Virus record (IMG/VR): IMGVR_UViG_3300009507_000024
Location: 1-53,744 of that record
Length of the DNA: 53,744 nucleotides
Origin: a virus
Lineage: Duplodnaviria > Caudoviricetes
Strand: one strand, 5' to 3'
In this document: piece after piece, positions 9,451 to 19,305 of the stretch
How the letters are laid out: each line of letters begins with the position of its first letter
Numbering within the stretch: position 1 is the stretch's first letter
The notes under the pieces: generated by a model
The model's input: the letters and a program-made list of their open reading frames with translations, nothing else
Told to the model about the DNA's origin: nothing
The model's database searches: none
Program-made: the position numbers and the translations under genes

Positions 9451-10614
9451 ATTCCTCGCTTATCATTATATAAACCAGAACGCGGCAATGACTACGAATT
9501 TCTTGACAGACAAATCGAGGAAATGTTTATTGTCGGCGGCACTGATATTAATATTCACAAGTACCTCGGTGCAGATAACCCTGCCGAGGGAGAAGGCACT
9601 GCTGATCAACCTACGTATGATGCTGTAAAAGAAACTAACATACAAGACTTGCTGTTTCTTGAAAATAGAGATAGAAAGTATGATCAAGATGTTTATACAC
9701 ATAGAGCAATATATAATGTTCAAGATATAGATTTTGATTTAAGTCAATTTGGATTGTTCTTAAGTAATGATACTCTGTTTATGACTGTGCATATTAGAAG
9801 TATTGTAAAAACAATAGGAAGAAAACCGTTGGCCGGTGATGTTATAGAACTTCCACATTTAAAAGACGAATACGCACTAAATGATTATGATATTGCATTA
9901 AAAAGATTTTATGTTATTGAAGATATTAATAGAGCAGCTGAAGGATTTAGTCAAACTTGGTATCCTCACTTATATAGATTAAAATTAAAACAAATATACG
10001 ACGGGCAGGAATATAAAGATATTCTAGACTTACCAGCAAATGAAGAAGAGCCGGGCGGAAATACACTAAGAGACTTACTATCTTCTTACGAAACCGAAAT
10101 GCAAATAAACAATGCAGTAGTGCAGCAAGCCGAAGTAGATGCAGCAAAAAGTGGATACGATGTAAGTCATTTATATACTATGGCATATAATGAAGATGGC
10201 ACAGTTGCACTTCATACAGCAGACGATACTGATATAGATGCAAGTGCTATATCTCAGTATGCTGACGAAATTGATAATGCACCTAATAGACCAGGGTATA
10301 AAGGATACCTTGTAGGAATTGCAGATACTCCGAACGGTGCTCCTTTTGGTAGCGGAATCCAATTTCCGCGAGATAATATGGAAGGTGATTATTTTTTAAG
10401 AACAGACTTCTTACCAAATAGATTATTTAGATATGACGGAACACGTTGGGTAAAAGTACAAGACGATGTAAGAGAAACACTTACAAATACAAATACAAGA
10501 AATACACAAAAAACTTCTTTTGTTAATAACACAAACTCTAGTACAATCGACGGCGAAGTTGTTGAAGAACGTCAAAGTCTTTCTAACGCACTTAGACCTA
10601 AGGCAGATAACTAA
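9451..10614 (+). CDS. Neck/head-closure protein (gp14-like) with C-terminal extension; probable ATT start at 9451 (first ATG at 9523)
   Basis: LSQFGLFL, KPLAGDVIELPHL and position before gp15; frame open upstream of 9523 (IPRLSLYKPERGNDYEFLDRQIEE) with AGGAGA 6 nt before the ATT. Confidence 0.75.
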   Translation: MPRLSLYKPERGNDYEFLDRQIEEMFIVGGTDINIHKYLGADNPAEGEGTADQPTYDAVKETNIQDLLFLENRDRKYDQDVYTHRAIYNVQDIDFDLSQFGLFLSNDTLFMTVHIRSIVKTIGRKPLAGDVIELPHLKDEYALNDYDIALKRFYVIEDINRAAEGFSQTWYPHLYRLKLKQIYDGQEYKDILDLPANEEEPGGNTLRDLLSSYETEMQINNAVVQQAEVDAAKSGYDVSHLYTMAYNEDGTVALHTADDTDIDASAISQYADEIDNAPNRPGYKGYLVGIADTPNGAPFGSGIQFPRDNMEGDYFLRTDFLPNRLFRYDGTRWVKVQDDVRETLTNTNTRNTQKTSFVNNTNSSTIDGEVVEERQSLSNALRPKADN

Positions 10615-12032
10615 TGCAACATTTTTACGATGGACAAATACGCAGATATATAACTCAGATGATTAGAATGATGAGTAACTTTCCTGTAAAAGATAGCAGT
10701 GGAAGTTTAAAACAAGTTCCTGTATTGTATGGCGATCTAACAAGGCAAGTTGCAAATATTATTAGAGAAAATTCAGAAAATAAGTTACCAAGTGCTCCTA
10801 GAATTAGTTTATATGTTACTGGACTAGAAATGGACAGAGACAGAATACAAGATCCTAGTTTTGTCCGAAAACAAAATGTTATTGAACGTGCATATGACGA
10901 AGACGGTAATGAATATTTGAATACTCAAGGTCGAAATTACACTGTAGAAAAAATGATGCCTACTCCTTATAAGCTAACAGTTAATGCTGATATATGGAGT
11001 TCTAATACAGATCAAAAGTTACAAATTTTAGAACAAATATTAATTTACTTTGATCCTAGTTTAGAAATACAAACTACTGATAACTATATCGATTGGGCAA
11101 GTTTAACTGTTGTTAATTTAGAAAATGTAAATTGGAGTAATAGAAGTGTTCCAATAGGTGTTGATTCAGAAATCGATATTGCCACGCTTACATTTAGCAC
11201 TCCAATATATCTAAGTCCTCCAGTTAAAGTTAAACGCTTGGGTGCAATAACAAATATCATTACAAGTATTTTCAATGAAGATACTGGAGATATCGATCTA
11301 GGCCTAGCAAGACCAGAATTAGAAAGATGGGACGATTATGCAGTTCCTGGACGTACAAGGAGCCCAGAAAAAGCAGCAACTACTAGCAATGATCAGCAAG
11401 CAAATGTTAATGACGGAATGTACGGTGTATATATCGAAGGCAATACAGCACAGATATACGGCAGAGGTGCGATAGGTACTGTAAATTGGAGAGATAATTT
11501 TTACAAATATCCAGGTACATATCAAGCAGGTATTAGCAGAATATATCTAACAGATCTAGATAATGATGCAACAGTTACTGGTACATTTACAATAAATGAA
11601 TTAAATGAAACTGTTATGTTAATTGACTGGGACACTGATAGTTTTCCTGATGACGATATCATATCCGGACCGAGTGGCGATAGAACAAGTATAGATTTTA
11701 TCATTGATCCTACAAAAAATAATCCTACAAATATTAAAACTGTAGGTGCTAGAATATTATTGTTAGAAGATGTAAGCAGTGACGAAGCAACACAATATCC
11801 AGAAGCGTGGAAAAACAACGACGGTAGTGGATTGATTGCTAATGCAAATGATATTGTTGAATGGGATGGTACAAAATGGGTTGTAATTTTTGACTCTCAA
11901 AATACCACATCTACAACATATATAACAAATCTTACTACCGGAAAACAATATAAGTTTAGCAATAGTGAGTGGTTACTAAGTGTTGAAGGTGAATATCCAG
12001 TTGGCACATGGAGACTCGACCTCTACGGCTAA
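10614..12032 (+). CDS. Tail sheath stabiliser / tail terminator (gp15-like) with C-terminal extension
   Basis: HFYDGQIRRY, VPVLYG, PRIS, MPTPY.L, QILEQIL.YF.P; TAATG coupling to gp14. Confidence 0.85.
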   Translation: MQHFYDGQIRRYITQMIRMMSNFPVKDSSGSLKQVPVLYGDLTRQVANIIRENSENKLPSAPRISLYVTGLEMDRDRIQDPSFVRKQNVIERAYDEDGNEYLNTQGRNYTVEKMMPTPYKLTVNADIWSSNTDQKLQILEQILIYFDPSLEIQTTDNYIDWASLTVVNLENVNWSNRSVPIGVDSEIDIATLTFSTPIYLSPPVKVKRLGAITNIITSIFNEDTGDIDLGLARPELERWDDYAVPGRTRSPEKAATTSNDQQANVNDGMYGVYIEGNTAQIYGRGAIGTVNWRDNFYKYPGTYQAGISRIYLTDLDNDATVTGTFTINELNETVMLIDWDTDSFPDDDIISGPSGDRTSIDFIIDPTKNNPTNIKTVGARILLLEDVSSDEATQYPEAWKNNDGSGLIANANDIVEWDGTKWVVIFDSQNTTSTTYITNLTTGKQYKFSNSEWLLSVEGEYPVGTWRLDLYG

Positions 12033-12040
12033 TTATTTTT

Positions 12041-12484
12041 ATGAACAAGATAATTTGCAGTGGTGCTCTCTTTTATACCCTAGATACTAATCGATTCTTA
12101 TTTTTGCATAGAGCAATTAAGAAGAAAAATCTATGGGGATTAGTCGGCGGAACAACTGAAGGTAGCGAAACGCCGTGGGAAGGATTAATACGAGAAATAA
12201 ACGAAGAAATAGGTTTTTTACCAGATATTAAAAAAACTATTCCTTTAGAAACTTTTATTTCTTACGACGAACATTTTCATTTTCATACATACCTATGTGT
12301 TATTAAAGAAGAGTTTATACCTCAACTAAACGAAGAGCATGACGGTTATGCATGGGTTAGTTTTAGTAAATGGCCAAAACCCTTGCACGAAGGCCTGAGA
12401 AACACTTTGCAAAGTAAGATCAATCTAAAAAAATTAGAAACAGTATTTCAAGTAATTAATGCAATTGGAGATATAGATGGCTGA
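12041..12484 (+). CDS. NUDIX hydrolase
   Basis: Nudix box GGTTEGSETPWEGLIREINEEIG and LNEEHDGYAW; start placed at ATG 12041, after the gp15 stop. Confidence 0.85.
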   Translation: MNKIICSGALFYTLDTNRFLFLHRAIKKKNLWGLVGGTTEGSETPWEGLIREINEEIGFLPDIKKTIPLETFISYDEHFHFHTYLCVIKEEFIPQLNEEHDGYAWVSFSKWPKPLHEGLRNTLQSKINLKKLETVFQVINAIGDIDG

Positions 12485-12839
12485 AGAAAACGTAATTCGT
12501 CATGACTGGGGTATAGAAGTTGCATGGGCAGACTTTGAAACATTCGGTGCAAAAATGCTTTTATTTACAAAAGCAGGAAATAGAACAGATATGCAATTTC
12601 AAGACAAAACTGATAAATCATTTTTTGTTAGCTGTGGTCAATTTATAATAAGATATGTTGATACCGAAACAGGGCAAACTTTTTCTAAAGATTTAGCCGA
12701 AGGCGGAGTTTATAATGTTCCAAGACTGTCGCCAGTTTCTATCGAAGCAGTTGTTGAAGGTTCTACTATATCAGAAGTAAATAATGGTATAAGAACTGAC
12801 GATGTATATATTGTTTGTCCAAAGGAAAGGCTAGATTAA
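12477..12839 (+). CDS. Cupin-fold protein lacking metal ligands (paralog of 19302..19661)
   Basis: WG.E...A......K.L.F..G....M scaffold shared with the 19302 cupin; His ligands replaced. Confidence 0.7.
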   Translation: MAEENVIRHDWGIEVAWADFETFGAKMLLFTKAGNRTDMQFQDKTDKSFFVSCGQFIIRYVDTETGQTFSKDLAEGGVYNVPRLSPVSIEAVVEGSTISEVNNGIRTDDVYIVCPKERLD

Positions 12840-13094
12840 ATGTTACCTAAGTTATCAAATTCAGAAAAACTAGTTAGTGAATTAAAATTCTTTGAAGCAA
12901 AAAGTAAATCATTATCCGAAGATGATCAAAAATACATTAAAAAAAGAATTATTAGAATAAAAGAATTATCAAATAATATAGATAATGCACACGATGTAAG
13001 ATTAAATGGATTTGTAAGCCCGAGTCTCATAGGAGATTCAAGACTTGAATTAAATCAAGCAAGGTATGAAATTTTTAAAAAATTACAGGACTGA
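12840..13094 (+). CDS. Hypothetical helical protein, 84 aa
   Basis: Abuts the previous stop; AAGG upstream; converges on 13083..13907. Confidence 0.6.
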   Translation: MLPKLSNSEKLVSELKFFEAKSKSLSEDDQKYIKKRIIRIKELSNNIDNAHDVRLNGFVSPSLIGDSRLELNQARYEIFKKLQD

Positions 13095-13907
13095 TAAACG
13101 CTTTACAGTTATTTGACCAACCATTCCTGAATGTACTTGGCATTGGTATCTATATGTGCCAGAAATACTTTCTTGAACTCTCCAGTATAATGTTCCTTGA
13201 TCTTTACCTTGAGCAAGTGCTCCTTCACTAACTGTGCCGTCTATATCTACATGTACTAATCCAACGTTATAAGCATTTCCTACTGCATTTTGGATTTCTA
13301 AAGGATGCCCAGATATTCCTGCAAGATTAAATGCAATTGTAGTTCCTGCTATTACTACTATACTTGGATTATTTCCAGCATAGTGACTAGGAATTGTATA
13401 AGCGATAGTGCCATCATTGTCAAATTGATACATTGCTATTGCCGGTTCATATATTTTATCTACAGTAAGTCCAGTTGGTATATCAGTAAGCTCAGTAAAG
13501 GCACTACTGCCTCCGGCACCTGTAGCATCTGCTGCATTTGCCCACTGGATTCCGTCCCATTTTAAAACTTGTCCTGTTTGTATTGCATCAATTGTAACAT
13601 CATCTAAGTCAGCAAGTGACCCAGCACCGCCTCCGCCTCCAGCGACTGATGTAAAGCTAAACGAACCTGCGCCGTTGGTTGTTAAAACTTGACCATCTGT
13701 CCCGTCTTCGATTCCTAGGTCTAATAAATCATTAGGAATTATACCAGTAGTATCTGTAAGATCACTTATGTCACTTGGTATTTCGCCTGCGCCTGTATCA
13801 AACGCCGCAGATATTATATTCCAAGTTGTGCCATTCCACTTCCAAGTATTGCCACTACTTGTATATACATCATCCGGTGCTGGATTTATTGGAAAATTTA
13901 GTGCCAT
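13083..13907 (-). CDS. Virion fibre-like protein with C-terminal cupredoxin (type-1 copper) motif
   Basis: Fibre-type segments (LNFP..P....YT..G.TW.W.G..W; GQVLKWDG) plus GHPLEI...YRYQCQVHSGMVGQI. Confidence 0.65.
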   Translation of the reverse strand: MALNFPINPAPDDVYTSSGNTWKWNGTTWNIISAAFDTGAGEIPSDISDLTDTTGIIPNDLLDLGIEDGTDGQVLTTNGAGSFSFTSVAGGGGGAGSLADLDDVTIDAIQTGQVLKWDGIQWANAADATGAGGSSAFTELTDIPTGLTVDKIYEPAIAMYQFDNDGTIAYTIPSHYAGNNPSIVVIAGTTIAFNLAGISGHPLEIQNAVGNAYNVGLVHVDIDGTVSEGALAQGKDQGTLYWRVQESISGTYRYQCQVHSGMVGQITVKRLSVL

Positions 13908-13933
13908 ATTTGCTTACCTCTACTCATATTTAT

Positions 13934-15967
13934 TCATTTATTAAATCTTAATGTTAAACCATTTGTAAGTGCTATAGATGCAGTAACAGCTTGTCTCGGT
14001 CCTGGTATAAATCTAGCATCAAAAGGCCCTGGATACAGTACCCTTGCTGGGCCGCCTTCTAAACTATTATAGTCTAACCAGTTTGCATCGTTAGCTGTTG
14101 TGCTTTCAACTCCGTAATAAAAATCTGTAGGATCTTGCACATCAAGAGATGCTATCCAATTTTGTACTTCTTGATAAGTCCAATCTCTATTATGTTCTAG
14201 TATTGTAGCTAAAAATCCTGCTACTATAGGACATGCTGCACTAGTGCCGCTAAATGCACAGTCGTATGCAGGAATTTCTAATGTGTCATAAGTATCTGCA
14301 CGTATTCCTTCGTTTAGATAATTTTTGTTAGCTGCTAGTGTTCCATCGGCAGCAGCATACACATCAATTCCATTTCCTCTGTCACTATAATTCACTTTAC
14401 GTTCTAAATTTCCAACTGCATAGTCATCATCTAATGCACCGATGTTTATAGTTTTGTATGTGACTTCTCCGGTCCCCCCGTCAATAGCTTTGCCACCTTG
14501 TTGTGGAAATCCACGTCTATTGGTTGTGCCGGTTACTGCAACACCAAATTCACTATAATTACTTTCTTCTAATGTATCGTCACTATTGGCACTAATATAA
14601 TTATCAAAATCTGGATGGCCCCAATTAACTTGCTTTTGATTACTATTTCCTGAAGCAACAACAAATAATACACCGCTATCAATAAGTTCGTCTAGTGCAG
14701 TTGTAAGTGAGTTAGTTTTCATTTCACTTTTCCAGCGCCCACCGTCACCTGTTACGCCCATATTAGAAATAAAATTTGGTTCATTTTCAATACCGTTGTA
14801 TGTAACTGCTAGATCGTTTCTAAAATGATACCATCCTGGGTTATCACCTTTGCTTGAACGATAACCCCAACTATTTGAACTTATTGTAGGATTTCTATTT
14901 CCAAATTGTGGATTAATAGGCTTATATAAATGAAAAGCTTTTTGTATATCGAAACCTGTTTCGATACCTGCGCCGTAAGAGCCGTATAAATCTAGCATCC
15001 ATTTATTAGCATTATACGCCCAGCCTTGTGTTCTTCCGTATGTTAAAGCACAACATGGTGTTCCGTGCTGTCCTTCACTATTTGGATTAGGCTGTAAAGT
15101 GTTATCACCTTGTGTATTATTTCTAGTATAAAGCGGCGATACAGATATAGAACCGATAGGAATAAACTGCGGACTTCTGTTTCCTGGATTTAGCCACCAT
15201 TGTCTTGCTTCTGCTTCAGTGGGCACAATAGTGCCATCAAATCGTGTAGTTAGCCGGGTGCCAGGATCTTCATTAAACCAGTCAGGGTCTATATAATACG
15301 GTCCGTCTAAATATACATCTAAAATATCACAAGTACCATTTCCTGGTAGAAGATTGCCGCCTACATAGTCTGCAGGTGATTCAATTGCAGATCCGTCTTG
15401 CTCTAGTCTTACATTATTTTGGAATTCTGGATGCCCTATCCAACAGCCTTCGTCGGCAACTATTACATCGATATTTTTTCCACTACCGTATTGAGAAATT
15501 GTAGCTTCAGGAACAGCATTATCTGCTAAACTATTATCTACCCATGGATCTAAAAACTGTTGGTGTCTATATAATTGATATCCAGATCTGTTAGCATCTG
15601 TCGAATCAGTATTAACCGGAAGTGTATTGCTAGTTTCAAACTCTCGATAATTTTTTATTGTGCCGGTATATCTTTGAACTAAGATAGGTCTAATACTTTG
15701 AAGTTCATCTTGTGGTGGCTTATATTCATCATACATAGAATAATCTATATTAATAAATTTAATTCTGCTGTCACTCTTTAGTAGATTAGCTTCAGTGTCT
15801 GTTAATAAAAAAGTTCCTCTAGTAGGACTGTGCAGTTTATCATCATAACATGTACATTCTCTATCCGGAATATAATCTTCACTAGTTTTAGCACATAACA
15901 AGTCATGTACTTCTACAAACTGTTCAGCTGTATGTGTTCCTAATTGATAGTATTTTTCTTCGGACAT
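13934..15967 (-). CDS. Subtilisin-like serine protease (S8)
   Basis: Catalytic motifs VIVADEG..GHPEF (Asp), QHGTPC (His), VASGNS (oxyanion Asn), YSDRG..IDVYAA, FSGTSAACP (Ser). Confidence 0.88.
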   Translation of the reverse strand: MSEEKYYQLGTHTAEQFVEVHDLLCAKTSEDYIPDRECTCYDDKLHSPTRGTFLLTDTEANLLKSDSRIKFINIDYSMYDEYKPPQDELQSIRPILVQRYTGTIKNYREFETSNTLPVNTDSTDANRSGYQLYRHQQFLDPWVDNSLADNAVPEATISQYGSGKNIDVIVADEGCWIGHPEFQNNVRLEQDGSAIESPADYVGGNLLPGNGTCDILDVYLDGPYYIDPDWFNEDPGTRLTTRFDGTIVPTEAEARQWWLNPGNRSPQFIPIGSISVSPLYTRNNTQGDNTLQPNPNSEGQHGTPCCALTYGRTQGWAYNANKWMLDLYGSYGAGIETGFDIQKAFHLYKPINPQFGNRNPTISSNSWGYRSSKGDNPGWYHFRNDLAVTYNGIENEPNFISNMGVTGDGGRWKSEMKTNSLTTALDELIDSGVLFVVASGNSNQKQVNWGHPDFDNYISANSDDTLEESNYSEFGVAVTGTTNRRGFPQQGGKAIDGGTGEVTYKTINIGALDDDYAVGNLERKVNYSDRGNGIDVYAAADGTLAANKNYLNEGIRADTYDTLEIPAYDCAFSGTSAACPIVAGFLATILEHNRDWTYQEVQNWIASLDVQDPTDFYYGVESTTANDANWLDYNSLEGGPARVLYPGPFDARFIPGPRQAVTASIALTNGLTLRFNK

Positions 15968-15975
15968 TTTTTACC

Positions 15976-17229
15976 TTAAACTATTGGAGTTGTGTCTATA
16001 CTTGCCCATGCGCCATTTACATATGCTTCTAATCTATTATTAGTAGTGTTATAAATCATGTCTCCATTTTCAGCAATTAATGCGTCACGACCTGTGTCAT
16101 CGAAACTTGCTAATTTAAAAGGAGTAGTTGTAATACTTACTCGAGTAGTACCTGTCAATAATATTTCATTATCAGATACAAGTTCTGGAGTTCCAGAGCC
16201 CGATGTTATAATATCACCTGTTGCAAGAGTCAAATCGCCACTTAATAAAAGATTTGGAGTTATAGTAATGTCACTAGCATCTGATGTGTTTATAATGCTG
16301 TCTGTAAATGTAACATTTCCAGTGTCGCCGCCTCCGCCGCTTTGATTTATAAATTCAAATGTTCCATCGGCATTGGTTGAAAGTACTTGCCCGGCAACCC
16401 CATCAGTAATGCCTAAGTCTAATAAACTATCTGCAATCGGAATCGAAGGTTGTACCCATTGACCGCTATCAACATCTACCAAATATACATATAATGCACC
16501 GGAACTAGCATTAAACCAAACACTTCCGTTTTCCGGTTCTTCTGGCGGTGTTGCACTTGCTGTAACACTAGCACTTCCCGACCCAGTGCCAGGTAGGGCA
16601 GTTGTAATTTCAGCTCCCATTCCTGTATGATTTGAGCAATAATAATATAATGTTTCAGAAGTTGCAATATCAATATTAATTAATACTTTTCGCACTGTTG
16701 CTCTTTGAAATCCACTTTCATATTCAACTCGCGATACTTCAATATCATCTAGTATATACCTTACACCTAAGGTGTATTCTGTGCCCGATCCAGTATCTCC
16801 GTTAGGATCATCTGCACTAAAGAATAAAGGATGTTGATTGTTTGCGCCGCCTGTTTCGTTAGGATAAAACACATTAGTAGGATCAGATTGATCAAACACA
16901 TATGTGTAGCCCTTTACAAAATTTAAATCTGGCTTATACTCAGAATTTATATAAAATTTATTACCGGTATCGTCGCCTTGTGCTGCCCCAACAGTTACAG
17001 GATATGTTATAGCAGCAATGTTAGCAGAACTTGAATTTCTTACAAAACTACTGTCTGTAACAACTTCAAATCCGCCACGATTAATTGTTCTTCCGCTAAA
17101 AAGTCTTAGTGTGTTGGTTTCTTTTGAAAAGAATACTTCGCCACTAGACCCACTAGCTCTATCTAAGAATTCTTTAGCTCTTGGAATGATCCTTATGCGA
17201 TCAACAATAGGTGCGTTTGTACCAGCCAT
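15976..17229 (-). CDS. Virion structural protein with cupredoxin-like motif
   Basis: TYVFDQSD..N...HPLFFS and LYYYCSNHTGMG; C-terminal G.MIYNTT..RLEAYVNGAW fibre adaptor motif. Confidence 0.65.
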   Translation of the reverse strand: MAGTNAPIVDRIRIIPRAKEFLDRASGSSGEVFFSKETNTLRLFSGRTINRGGFEVVTDSSFVRNSSSANIAAITYPVTVGAAQGDDTGNKFYINSEYKPDLNFVKGYTYVFDQSDPTNVFYPNETGGANNQHPLFFSADDPNGDTGSGTEYTLGVRYILDDIEVSRVEYESGFQRATVRKVLINIDIATSETLYYYCSNHTGMGAEITTALPGTGSGSASVTASATPPEEPENGSVWFNASSGALYVYLVDVDSGQWVQPSIPIADSLLDLGITDGVAGQVLSTNADGTFEFINQSGGGGDTGNVTFTDSIINTSDASDITITPNLLLSGDLTLATGDIITSGSGTPELVSDNEILLTGTTRVSITTTPFKLASFDDTGRDALIAENGDMIYNTTNNRLEAYVNGAWASIDTTPIV

Positions 17230-17260
17230 TACTTATCTCTCCATTATATACTATTTATGC

Positions 17261-17289
17261 TTGACTGTTGTGAAAAAATGTTATATAAT
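17261..17289 (+). promoter_or_regulatory. Host sigma70-type promoter for the heptose operon, probably leaderless
   Basis: TTGACT-17 nt-TATAAT; hldD ATG 5 nt after the -10 box; no SD; abuts a divergent late promoter at 17252-17258. Confidence 0.8.
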
Positions 17290-17294
17290 AAGAT

Positions 17295-18170
17295 ATGAAA
17301 TATTTGGTTACAGGCGCTGCTGGATTCATCGGCAGCAATTTAGTTAAAAAACTAAACACAGAAGGACACACAGACATTGTTTGTGTTGATGATCTTTCGC
17401 AAAATAATATTCAAAACATACAAGGGCTATCATATTCAGACTTTGTTTCAAAAGAAGACATAGAAAGAATATTTCATAAAGAATTTGATACTGTATTTCA
17501 CTTAGGCGCTGTTTCAAATACAAGAGCATCTAACTGGGATGAAATATATCAAAACAATATTGTTTTTACAAAGCAACTTTTTGATATGACACGTCATAGA
17601 AACTTTGTTTTTGCTAGTAGTGCTAGTGTATATGGAGACAGTAAGAATACACTAGAAACATCAACTAATGAAGCACCTAAAAATCTTTATGCTGCTAGTA
17701 AGTTGATCTGCGATAATTGGTTAAGACATCAAGGATGTCAGTATCAAAGTTGGAGATTTTTTAATGTGTATGGAAGTAGAGAAACAAGCAAGTTAGAATC
17801 AAACAGTAGTAGTCCATACACAACATTTAAGCAACAAGCATTAGAAAAGGGCGTAATAAAAATATTCGAAGGTAGTGATAAAATATTGCGTGACTTTATT
17901 AGTGTAGATGATGTAGTAGAAGTTATCTATCGTAAGCATTCTGACAATGATACATTTGTTAGTAATTTGGGCACAGGAAAACCTTCTAGTTTTAGTAACT
18001 GGGCAGGATTAATTGCTTCTAAATATAACGCTAAAATTGAACTCACTGAATTTCCTAATGATCTAAAGAAAGGCTATCAGTATTACACTTGTAGCAACAA
18101 TTCTACTTTAAATACCCTTATAGACTATAAGTTCAAAACACCTGAGGAATGGTTTAACAAATATGACTAA
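17295..18170 (+). CDS. hldD: ADP-L-glycero-D-manno-heptose 6-epimerase
   Basis: VTGAAGFIGSNLV..LN..G..DI..VD, FHLGA.S.T, ASSASVYG, P.NLYAASK (YxxxK), RFFNVYG.RE, RDFI.V.DV, YQYYT; adjacent to hldE. Confidence 0.88.
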   Translation: MKYLVTGAAGFIGSNLVKKLNTEGHTDIVCVDDLSQNNIQNIQGLSYSDFVSKEDIERIFHKEFDTVFHLGAVSNTRASNWDEIYQNNIVFTKQLFDMTRHRNFVFASSASVYGDSKNTLETSTNEAPKNLYAASKLICDNWLRHQGCQYQSWRFFNVYGSRETSKLESNSSSPYTTFKQQALEKGVIKIFEGSDKILRDFISVDDVVEVIYRKHSDNDTFVSNLGTGKPSSFSNWAGLIASKYNAKIELTEFPNDLKKGYQYYTCSNNSTLNTLIDYKFKTPEEWFNKYD

Positions 18171-19305
18171 AGTTCTAGTAATAGGCGATATAATCATTGA
18201 CAAATATATTTACGGTACAAGTACTCGGATAAGTCCCGAAGCTCCTGTTCCTGTAATTACATATAAGCGTGAAGTTGAAACACTTGGCGGTGCAGGACTT
18301 GTATATGAGAATCTTAAAAGTTTAGGTGTTGATGTTGAACTAGTTGATATCTTCGACAAAGTAAGTGTTAAGACTAGAGTAATTTGTGACGGACATTATA
18401 TTACACGCATTGACGAAGATTATCACGCAGACAGCAAACAATTACTTGATTATATTCTATCACGAGATTTTAGTGATTACGAGTATGTTATCCTAAGTGA
18501 CTACAACAAAGGCACATTAGACGAATCTTTAAAAATTATCGAACATCTAAACACATTTGGTTGTAAGGTAATTGTAGATCCTAAAGAACACGCAAATCAT
18601 TATAAAGGTGCTTGGCTTGTAAAACCTAACTACAAAGAGTTTGGAGACTTTGGATTTACTAACTGGGGCGGAAATATCATCACTACTAATGCTGGCGATA
18701 ATGTTGTTGCACTTATAGACAGCAAAGTGTATGACATTCCTGTAGATAATCTAGAAGTAGCAGATGTTACAGGAGCAGGCGATTGTTTCTTGGCAGCATT
18801 TGTGTATGGATTAACTAGAGGATATGACTATAAAAAATCATTAGAAGTAGCAGTCAAAGGTTCTACACAAAGTGTAAAACACAGCGGCACTTATATTCTA
18901 AACACAAATGACCTAGAAGAACGTGTAATTTTTACTAACGGTGTATTTGATATATTACACAAGGGGCATTTTAAATTGCTTAACGAAGCTCGCAGTTTAG
19001 GCGATAAACTAATTGTAGGTATTAACAGCGATGCTAGTGTAAAAAGATTAAAAGGTGAAACACGCCCTATTAATAATCAAATGAAACGTATCAGTCAGCT
19101 AGAAATTTTACCATGGGTAGATCAAGTAGTTGTATTCAACGAAGATACACCTTACGAATTAATTAAAGAATTAAAGCCGCATGTAATTGTAAAAGGCGGC
19201 GACTACACAATAGAAACAGTTGTTGGGCACGATTTAGCTGATGTACATCTAGTACAAACTGTAGAAGGTTATTCAACAACAAGCATTATAGAGGCATCAC
19301 AATGA
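18163..19305 (+). CDS. hldE: Bifunctional heptose-7-phosphate kinase / heptose-1-phosphate adenylyltransferase
   Basis: PfkB domain (IGD..D.Y..G...RISPEAPVPV, LSDYNKG, VDPK, DVTGAGD) fused to FTNGVFDILHKGH, NSDASVKRLKG..RPIN, VKGGDY, GYSTT. Confidence 0.93.
   Translation: MTKVLVIGDIIIDKYIYGTSTRISPEAPVPVITYKREVETLGGAGLVYENLKSLGVDVELVDIFDKVSVKTRVICDGHYITRIDEDYHADSKQLLDYILSRDFSDYEYVILSDYNKGTLDESLKIIEHLNTFGCKVIVDPKEHANHYKGAWLVKPNYKEFGDFGFTNWGGNIITTNAGDNVVALIDSKVYDIPVDNLEVADVTGAGDCFLAAFVYGLTRGYDYKKSLEVAVKGSTQSVKHSGTYILNTNDLEERVIFTNGVFDILHKGHFKLLNEARSLGDKLIVGINSDASVKRLKGETRPINNQMKRISQLEILPWVDQVVVFNEDTPYELIKELKPHVIVKGGDYTIETVVGHDLADVHLVQTVEGYSTTSIIEASQ

Noticed and set aside
12008-12040. Earlier starts for NUDIX (12008) and for the 50379 gene (50903)
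   Set aside because: Both overlap the upstream gene needlessly; 12041 and 50888 fit better.
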